This document shows, in pieces, positions 25,425 to 32,000 of a stretch of 32,000 nt of DNA (the first letter of the stretch is position 1; each line of letters starts with the position of its first letter). The notes under the pieces were generated by a model. It was given only the letters and a program-made list of their open reading frames with translations, did no database searches and had not been told where the DNA came from. A program made the translations under genes and the position numbers. Origin of the DNA: Microcystis aeruginosa NIES-843. GTDB taxonomy: Bacteria > Cyanobacteriota > Cyanobacteriia > Cyanobacteriales > Microcystaceae. The stretch is taken from NCBI RefSeq assembly GCF_000010625.1, contig NC_010296.1, positions 1,410,001-1,442,000 of the forward strand, read 5' to 3'.

Positions 25425-27014
25425 ATGTCAAAAAAATCATTTTTACCCGGTTGTTTAGTCGTCCTAGGACTAACAGCAGTAACCGCAGGAGGTGTCTATC
25501 TTTATCTACGAGGACAACTTCCTTGGCAAAGATTCACCCCCTTAGAATCGGCAAAAGTTATCCCAGAAACTGCCTTTGCTAGTAGTTTTGTCTCCACGGA
25601 TGCAAAAGCTTGGTCAGTGTTAGCTAAATATGGTACACCAGAATCGCGAACTGCGGTTAGTCAAGGACTAGAAGAATTACAAAAAAATATCTTCACCGAT
25701 AAGATTGATTATCAACGGGATATCGAACCTTGGATCGGTAGTATCAGCTTTGCTTTCCTTCCCGCAACTACCCCCGGACAATCGGGATTATTAACGGTTA
25801 TCGGCATCAAAGATAAAATTAAAGCGTCAGAATTCGAGAAAAAACTAGGACAACAAGTTAATCGCAAAACTAGCACCAGTGACTACAAAGGTGTTAAAAT
25901 TACTGCTATAGATTGGCAGGATAACACCACTATTTATACTGCTGTTACTGGCGATTTTTTGTTGATATCCTACGATAAAAAGGTGTTAGAAGCGGCGATC
26001 GATACCTACCGAGGACAGCCATCTTTTAGCAGTAAACCGGAAGTGAGAAAACTGCTTTCCCAATCCCTCAACCTCCCCAATACCCTAGCGACAATTTATA
26101 TCGATGATTATGCCGCAATCTTGGGACCAGATGCTAATTTATCTCCCCAAAGTCGGCAAGAATTAGCAAAAATTCAAGATGTTGTCGCAGGAGTGGGTGT
26201 CACCGATACGGGATTACAGTTACAAATGGTGGCTAAATTGGCCCCTGAAACTATTTCTACCCTACCTTCCCCTAGCAAAAATCAAGTTTTAAATTATTTA
26301 CCCGGAGATACCATCGCACTTTGGAGTGGTAATAATCTTAAACAGGGATGGGAAGAAGCAGAAAAACAGTCCCAAACTAACCCAGAATTACAAGTTTTTC
26401 TGCGTCAGATCCGTGAGAATTTTCAGATGGCAACCCTTGACGCGGATAAAGAAGTTTTTAACTGGATGGATCGAGAATTTGCCTTCGGAATTATCCCCAA
26501 CCAGCAAGCAGTGGGAGGGTTAGGTTTTGGGGGAATGATGATCTGGCAAACCGGCGATCATAAAGCGGCAAAAACTACCCTCGATAAGTTAAATGAATTG
26601 GTGAAAACTGTTCCCTTTATCACCATAAAAAACAGTCAAATTTCTGGCCAAGATGTGACTGAATGGAAAGCGGAAGAACAAGCGATTTTAACCTATGCTT
26701 GGCCTAATAATGATACCCTAAAAATGACCGTCGGAATTCCCTATCAACCGCAACCGAATCAACCGATTAGCCAAAGTGAGAATTTCCAAGCATCGATCGC
26801 AAATTTGCCTAAAAATAATCTCGGTTATTTTTTCATCGATGTGGAGCAAATTATTGCTAAAGCAGGGGGAATTAATAATCTTCCTGCCACGGAATTAACC
26901 CCGGAAGCAAAGGCCTTTTTAGAATCGGTACGCGGGATCGGAATTACTGCCACTATGCCTGATAAAACCACCAGTAAAATTGATGTTTTATTTTCCCTGA
27001 AACAAACTCCCTAA
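25425..27014 (+). CDS. Hypothetical membrane-anchored or secreted protein (possibly the DUF3352 family)
   Basis: 529-aa ORF. N-terminal signal/anchor MSKKSFLPGCLVVLGLTAVTAGGVYLYL. No catalytic motifs recognised. The family name is a recollection only. Confidence 0.6.
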   Translation: MSKKSFLPGCLVVLGLTAVTAGGVYLYLRGQLPWQRFTPLESAKVIPETAFASSFVSTDAKAWSVLAKYGTPESRTAVSQGLEELQKNIFTDKIDYQRDIEPWIGSISFAFLPATTPGQSGLLTVIGIKDKIKASEFEKKLGQQVNRKTSTSDYKGVKITAIDWQDNTTIYTAVTGDFLLISYDKKVLEAAIDTYRGQPSFSSKPEVRKLLSQSLNLPNTLATIYIDDYAAILGPDANLSPQSRQELAKIQDVVAGVGVTDTGLQLQMVAKLAPETISTLPSPSKNQVLNYLPGDTIALWSGNNLKQGWEEAEKQSQTNPELQVFLRQIRENFQMATLDADKEVFNWMDREFAFGIIPNQQAVGGLGFGGMMIWQTGDHKAAKTTLDKLNELVKTVPFITIKNSQISGQDVTEWKAEEQAILTYAWPNNDTLKMTVGIPYQPQPNQPISQSENFQASIANLPKNNLGYFFIDVEQIIAKAGGINNLPATELTPEAKAFLESVRGIGITATMPDKTTSKIDVLFSLKQTP

Positions 27015-28235
27015 AAAGTAACCGACTAGATAAAGCGATCCACAGAGAATTATCCGACTATCGGCAGATTCTTGGATGGCTTTTTTTAGTCCTAAAAATA
27101 CATCGGAACAAGTCTCTAGGTGAGATAATTCTGGACAAATTGAAGCCGCTAATTCCGCTAAGGTTTCAGGATTGGCACTGCTATGATCTGGGACAGGAAC
27201 TAAATATAAACTATCGCCTTTTCTTAATAAAGCTTGGAATATTTCTCGATGATCTTTAGTCGATAAAATACCCATCACCCAGATAATTTTTGGAGCCTTT
27301 AAACTATCTACATACTGCCTTAAACCCATGGCAGCAGCGGGATTATGAGCGCCATCTATTAAAATTTCTCGCTGACACCAATTAACGGTTTGTAAACGTC
27401 CTAACCAGCGAGTTTTTGCCATTCCTTCTTGCACGACTTCATCGCTAATTTGCCAACCTTGCTGACGTAAAATATTAACAACAGCGATCGCTATAGCGGA
27501 ATTAGTTAATTGAAAATCTCCCGCTAAGGATAAAGGATATTCCAACCCTTGATATTTGGCCCGATTATCGGCAATTTTTTCGGCAGCTTCTACCCATACC
27601 GTCGGACAATTTAACAGCTTGATTCTCTCCCTAACTACTCCCTGCGCTGATTCCGGTAATTGTCCGATAACTGCGGGACAATTCGCTTTTAATATCCCCG
27701 CTTTCTCCCCGGCAATATCGGCAACCGTGTGACCTAAATTTTGCCAATGTTCCCGACTAATAGAAGTGATGACAGTAACTAAAGGTTGAGCGCAAACATT
27801 AGTCGCATCTAATCTTCCTCCTAAACCCACTTCCATCACGGCAATATCCACCTTTTCCTGAGCAAAATACAGCCAAGCAGCGGCAGTAATTACCTCAAAT
27901 TGAGTAGGACTTTCCTGCTGGGGATCGATAAGCGATTGTATATATTTAAGCAGGTTTTCTAAAGTCGCGGTTTCAATATTTTCGCCATTAATAGAGATTC
28001 TTTCTGTCCAAGCAATTAAATGGGGAGAAATATAACGTCCGACTTTGTAACCGGCGGTACTGAGAATAGAGGATAGATAGGCACAAACTGAACCTTTGCC
28101 ATTAGTTCCCGTGACATGAATAATCGGAATTTTATCTTGGGGATTGCCTAAAATCTCCAGCAGATTTTTTATTCTTTCTAAACCGAGATTGACACCAAAA
28201 CGCTGAAAAGGTTGCAGTAAAGAATCGATAGTCAT
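26988..28235 (-). CDS. folC: Bifunctional folylpolyglutamate synthase / dihydrofolate synthase
   Basis: Mur-ligase P-loop HVTGTNGKGSV, MEVGLGGRLDATNV, and DGAHNPAAA. The start is set at ATG 28235 (MTIDSLLQPFQRFG). The track's 33-aa upstream extension is a translated heptamer array. The 3' end overlaps the convergent gene by 27 bp. Confidence 0.9.
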   Translation of the reverse strand: MTIDSLLQPFQRFGVNLGLERIKNLLEILGNPQDKIPIIHVTGTNGKGSVCAYLSSILSTAGYKVGRYISPHLIAWTERISINGENIETATLENLLKYIQSLIDPQQESPTQFEVITAAAWLYFAQEKVDIAVMEVGLGGRLDATNVCAQPLVTVITSISREHWQNLGHTVADIAGEKAGILKANCPAVIGQLPESAQGVVRERIKLLNCPTVWVEAAEKIADNRAKYQGLEYPLSLAGDFQLTNSAIAIAVVNILRQQGWQISDEVVQEGMAKTRWLGRLQTVNWCQREILIDGAHNPAAAMGLRQYVDSLKAPKIIWVMGILSTKDHREIFQALLRKGDSLYLVPVPDHSSANPETLAELAASICPELSHLETCSDVFLGLKKAIQESADSRIILCGSLYLVGYFLGSLFQGK

Positions 28236-28282
28236 GGTTGGCAAACTATAAATAGGGTTTGCGGCAAAAAGTTTTTCGGTGG

Positions 28283-28319
28283 GGGTAGGGTGTGGGGTGT
28301 GGGGTGTGGGGTGTGGGGT
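28283..28319. repeat. Tandem heptamer array (GGGGTGT), ~5 units
   Basis: Read directly. Adjoins dispersed-repeat copy Y. Confidence 0.9.
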
Positions 28320-28463
28320 TTTACCGATTTTCATCTGCTCAATTACCTAATTTTCAGGGAAAAAGTCCAGGGATTTTCCCCCTGATCACTCCCAGACGAG
28401 GCACTTTTGGATTTCAAAAAGGTCTAAAAGTTTTATCCAACAAGGTTTTTAGATTTATTCAGC
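28320..28463 (-). repeat. Dispersed ~145-bp repeat, copy Y
   Basis: Its reverse complement aligns with 20305-20449 (see that feature). Confidence 0.8.
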
Positions 28464-28539
28464 AGACCCTAAATAAAGGAATCCGGCTAGGATCGATACT
28501 CCTACCGGCACTGATGACCCTTTCTGTGGGTGATAATGT

Positions 28540-29265
28540 CTAAAGTTTGACTAAAATGCTCGGTTCTTTTTGGATCGGTAAAACATCAAGAGAGTCAATA
28601 TTAGCGCAGTATTTTAAATCTTCTTGACAGTGGAGACGCAAGAGGCGCTGACCATGACTACAACTGTGGAACATTCCTAAAAGATCATTTTGCCATTGAC
28701 GATAAAGAGCGATCGAGGCGATAACCTCATCATTCCCGATCGCCATTTGCCCCGATTGTTCTTGTAGCGCATCGGCGATCGCTCCAGCACAGGCCGTATC
28801 TTCCAGAGAATAACCCCCTTCCCAACCAGAGCCAACAATCCAGACGGTATCGGGCTGCTTATCCAATAAGTAATTAACGGCAGCTTGCCGATTGATCATA
28901 GCCGCAGTGATCACGATCGGGGATTCTTCCACCCTTTGCAGAGCGCGAGTGCCGTTAGTGGTGCTGATAAACAGACGACGACCTTTCATTAAATCAGGGG
29001 TACAATCGAGGGGAGAATTGCCCAGATCGCAGCCTTCCACTTTCGCGCCACCTCTTTCTCCTGCTCGGAGACGTTTTTCCGGTTGCCAGGTATCACTCAC
29101 CTGCATCAGGGTTTTCAGATCGCTGAAGGTTTGCACTGCTTCCGCACCGGCATTGAGGGCAGTGGCGATCGTGGTTGTTGCTCTTAAAACATCGATAACG
29201 ACGGCGCAATCGGGTAGAGTATGGACGGGGGTAAGTTCGGGAGTATGATAAATGAAAACCTGCAC
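28540..29265 (-). CDS. comB: 2-phosphosulfolactate phosphatase family protein
   Basis: 241-aa ORF with family motifs [11 protein letters not shown] and AGERGG as I remember them for ComB. Confidence 0.8.
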   Translation of the reverse strand: MQVFIYHTPELTPVHTLPDCAVVIDVLRATTTIATALNAGAEAVQTFSDLKTLMQVSDTWQPEKRLRAGERGGAKVEGCDLGNSPLDCTPDLMKGRRLFISTTNGTRALQRVEESPIVITAAMINRQAAVNYLLDKQPDTVWIVGSGWEGGYSLEDTACAGAIADALQEQSGQMAIGNDEVIASIALYRQWQNDLLGMFHSCSHGQRLLRLHCQEDLKYCANIDSLDVLPIQKEPSILVKL

Positions 29266-29546
29266 GAGTTATACCAAGTAAAAAGTAAAAGGGGAAATAA
29301 GCTCAACATACCGCCGCTCGGCGTTGCGCTGGCAGAAGAAAGACAAGGCCGATTTTATCACGATGGATGTCAGCTAGTTAAGCTGTTCTTAATTCAAATT
29401 GCTTGTTGAGATCAGGCAAGGGGGGGCTAATCTCAGAATAAGCGGTTTAAATACGTCTTAGCTTATCACTTGAAATGCCCACGCGGATCACAAAATTGGC
29501 CAATTGTCAATAGGGTTTGAGATGCTCTCACCCTGTCGCTCGTCAT

Positions 29547-30867
29547 CGAAAATTTGGGTCTGAAACCCCGTCGTTCTACGACGGCTTTACTGTTAAATAT
29601 TAGAACATTTACGAAATATATGCTAGAATGTGAGACATGGAAAAAGCCTACTCGTTCCGATTTTACCCCACACCCGAACAAGAGTCGCTATTGCGGCGCA
29701 CTTTGGGCTGTGTAAGATTGGTTTACAACAAAGCTCTCCATGTCAGAACACAAGCATGGTACGAAAGACAAGAAAGAGTAGGCTACGCTCAAACTTCTTC
29801 AATGCTAACCGATTGGAAAAAGCAAGAAGAATTAGACTTTCTCAATGAGGTAAGCTGTGTACCTTTACAACAAGGGTTAAGACATTTACAAACAGCTTTT
29901 ACTAATTTCTTTGCTGGTCGTACTAAGTATCCCAACTTTAAGAAAAAACATCAAGGAGGAAGTGCCGAATTTACCAAATCAGCCTTTAAATTTAAAGACA
30001 AACAAATCTATTTAGCCAAATGCACAGAACCTTTACCTATTCGATGGTCAAGAAAAATACCAGAAAGCTGTGAACCAAGCACAGTAACAGTCAGATTACA
30101 TCCCTCAGGACGTTGGCATATTTCAATTAGATTTGATGACCCAACGATTAAGCCTTTACCAGTAACAGATAAAGCCATTGGAATTGACTTAGGAATTAGT
30201 AGCCTCGTGATTACCAGCGATGGCGATAAAGTGTCTAATCCCAAGCATTTTAAAAAGCATTATCGGAGACTGCGAAAGGCCCAAAAAAGCCTTTCTAGAA
30301 AACAGAAAGGGTCAAAAAATCGGGAAAAAGCAAGAATCAAAGTAGCCAAGATTCACGCTCAAATCACCGATAGCAGAAAAGACCATTTACATAAGCTAAC
30401 CACTCAATTAGTTCGTGAAAACCAAACGGTTGTGGTTGAGAACTTAGCCGTCAAGAATATGGTCAAAAACCCGAAATTATCTCAGGCAATATCTGATGTA
30501 AGCTGGGGAGAAATTACCCGACAATTAGCCTATAAATGCCGTTGGTATGGAAGAAATTACATCGAAATAGATAGATGGTTTCCTAGCTCTAAAAGGTGTA
30601 GTAATTGCGGGTATATTGCCCTTGAAAATGCCGTTAAATGTTCGAGAATGGGACTGTCCAGACTGTGGAACACACCATGACCGAGATATTAACGCCAGTA
30701 AAAATATTTTGGCCGCAGGGCTTGCGGTGTCAGTCCGGGTCGCGACCATAAGACCAGAACAGAGTAAATCTGTTAAGGCAGGTGCGAAAAATCCTTCGGG
30801 AAAGAAGCAGAAACCTAAATCGTGAGGTTTGGGAATCACCGTCCGTTCACGGCGGTGAGGATGTCAA
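29547..30867 (+). mobile_element. IS200/IS605-family, IS1341-type (tnpB-only) insertion sequence, copy 2
   Basis: Same length and ends as copy 1. Preceded by TCAT (29543-29546) and ends in GGATGTCAA (30867). The 90-bp 5' leader and 42-bp 3' trailer show no differences by eye, while the tnpB 5' half differs at several percent of positions. Confidence 0.9.
29637..30825 (+). pseudogene. tnpB: TnpB (OrfB) RNA-guided endonuclease with the same +1 frameshift as copy 1 (ORFs 29637..30680 and 30616..30825)
   Basis: 347-aa and 69-aa ORFs. There are 13 mostly conservative replacements relative to copy 1 in the upstream part. The downstream 69-aa peptide is identical. Confidence 0.85.
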
Positions 30868-30965
30868 GACTAAGTAGCTGGTTATAATTAAATTAAAAAT
30901 CGATTTTAGGTTCGATCCCCCCTGCCCCCCTTGATAAGGGGGGTGCCGATAGGCGGGGGGATCCC

Positions 30966-31010
30966 CCTTGATAAGAGGGGCATCTGATAAGTTTTAACGC
31001 CTACTTACTT
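30966..31010. repeat. Left 45-bp inverted repeat flanking the xisH-xisI pair
   Basis: CCTTGATAAGAGGGGCATCTGATAAGTTTTAACGCCTACTTACTT matches the reverse complement of 31831-31875 at 40 of 45 positions (counted by hand). An extra palindrome CCCCCCTTGATAAGGGGGG lies at 30925-30943. Confidence 0.8.
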
Positions 31011-31055
31011 AAATGTTATAATTAATAATTATTATGCCTGCTAACCTCAAGATTC

Positions 31056-31472
31056 ATGTCTGCTAAAGATCGTTTTCATGGTGCAGTGAGAAAAGGATTA
31101 GAAAAAGAGGGTTGGATCATTACGGATGACCCTTTAAGGATTGAAGTGGGTGATGTAGAAATGTATGTCGATTTAGGAGCAGAGCAACTGATAGCCGCAG
31201 AAAAAGACAATGAAAAGATAGCCGTTGAAATTAAAAGTTTTATCGGTAAATCCAGCATTTCAGAATTTCATACTGCCATTGGACAATTCTTTAATTATCG
31301 TGTTGCTTTAGAAGAAAAAGAACCTAAAAGACAGTTATATTTAGCTGTTCCCTTAGATATTTATTATAGTTTTTTTGAATTGCGATTTATTCAAACTGTC
31401 GTTAAAAGATTTCAAATTTACCTGATTATTTATGATCCGATTGGGGAGGTAATTGTCGAATGGAAAAATTAG
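31056..31472 (+). CDS. xisH: XisH family protein (endonuclease-like fold)
   Basis: 138 aa. The N-terminus MSAKDRFHGAVRKGLEKEGWIITDDPL and the following ...AAEKDNEKIAVEIKSF... are the family signature I recognise from the Anabaena fdxN-element XisH. Confidence 0.85.
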   Translation: MSAKDRFHGAVRKGLEKEGWIITDDPLRIEVGDVEMYVDLGAEQLIAAEKDNEKIAVEIKSFIGKSSISEFHTAIGQFFNYRVALEEKEPKRQLYLAVPLDIYYSFFELRFIQTVVKRFQIYLIIYDPIGEVIVEWKN

Positions 31473-31795
31473 AACAATATCGTCACTATGTCAAGCAAGT
31501 CATTACTGAATATTCTCAGATAGGTTCATCTAAAGATCCGATTGAACAACAATTGATTTTTGATACAGTTGGCGATCACTATCAATTGATGTATGTTGGC
31601 TGGAAAAATAGACGAAGATATCATGGTTGTGTTTTGCATCTCGATATTAAAAAGGGTAAAATCTGGATACAACATGATGGCACTGAGGTGGGAATTGCCA
31701 ATGAATTAGTTAATTTAGGTGTTCCTAAAGAGGATATTGTTTTAGCCTTTCATGAACCCCTAGTCAGAGAATATACAGGGTTTGCGGTGGGTTAA
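31460..31795 (+). CDS. xisI: XisI family protein
   Basis: 111 aa. YRHYVKQVITEY...LIFDTVGDHYQLMYVGW...HGCVLHLDIKKGKIWIQHDGTE.GIANELV..GVPKEDIVLAF is typical of XisI. Overlaps xisH by 13 nt. Confidence 0.85.
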   Translation: MEKLEQYRHYVKQVITEYSQIGSSKDPIEQQLIFDTVGDHYQLMYVGWKNRRRYHGCVLHLDIKKGKIWIQHDGTEVGIANELVNLGVPKEDIVLAFHEPLVREYTGFAVG

Positions 31796-31830
31796 TCTTA
31801 ATCAGAGAAAGTTGACAACATTATTGTCAT

Positions 31831-31875
31831 AAGTAGGTAGGCGTTAAAAATTATCAGACACCCCCCTTATCAAGG
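31831..31875. repeat. Right 45-bp inverted repeat flanking the xisH-xisI pair
   Basis: AAGTAGGTAGGCGTTAAAAATTATCAGACACCCCCCTTATCAAGG, the reverse-complement partner of 30966-31010. Confidence 0.8.
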
Positions 31876-32000
31876 TAGGGCTGTTTCATTCTCCCATCAG
31901 AATATCAAAAGTAAAAGCGATCACTGTCTTTGTAAAATGAGGAGTGACCGGCAACTTTTCAAATATATGTTGAGCTTAATAGAAAAACTGAAACAAGTCA

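Noticed and set aside
28236-28334. 33-aa N-terminal extension of folC (MKIGKTPHPTPHTPHPTP...)
   Set aside because: It translates the GGGGTGT array. The conserved FolC N-terminus begins at MTIDSLLQPF (ATG 28235).
30905-30935. tRNA-like T-arm sequence AGGTTCGATCCCCCC, possibly a tRNA 3' fragment or att site
   Set aside because: No complementary T-stem 5' strand, no acceptor stem and no anticodon arm could be built. Similarity is limited to the GGTTCGATCC motif.
31937-32000. Possible start of a plus-strand ORF (MRSDRQLFKYMLSLIEKLKQV...) running off the window end
   Set aside because: Only 21 codons are visible, with no RBS or recognisable motif. This is insufficient to call.

Overview
Cyanobacterial chromosomal window. 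The evidence is gene content (KaiB-like, XisH/XisI, pentapeptide-repeat and DnaK3/DnaJ3-type genes), multiple GCGATCGC (HIP1) octamers and many STRR-like heptamer arrays. It looks Microcystis-like, but that is recognition from memory, not a search. The backbone is ordinary: argD, an RCK-type K+ channel, a PilT-type ATPase, an M14 carboxypeptidase, a GST, an OmpR-type regulator, an RluA-like gene, a dnaK/dnaJ-like pair, pyrD, folC and a comB-like phosphatase. It is heavily colonised by selfish and repetitive DNA. (i) Two diverged 1.32-kb IS200/IS605-family tnpB-only elements (5907-7227 and 29547-30867) share the same frameshift, and one sits exactly between the Shine-Dalgarno sequence and the ATG of a PIN-toxin operon. 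(ii) Two apparently identical 785-bp ORF-less group II introns are joined head-to-tail with no spacer (15784-17353), inserted inside a composite short-tandem-repeat element. (iii) About a dozen 7-8 bp tandem arrays are present, three of them organised as G-rich array / conserved 23-bp AT-rich core / second array. (iv) A ~145-bp dispersed repeat is fused to CCCCACA arrays at two loci. (v) An xisH-xisI pair is bracketed by 45-bp inverted repeats. The best follow-up candidates are the tandem ORF-less introns, the selected-looking frameshift in TnpB, the IR-bounded xisHI cassette, the unusually large partner of the PIN toxin, and a PilT2-like ATPase followed by an elongated KaiB. All family assignments come from motif recognition by eye; no database search was possible.
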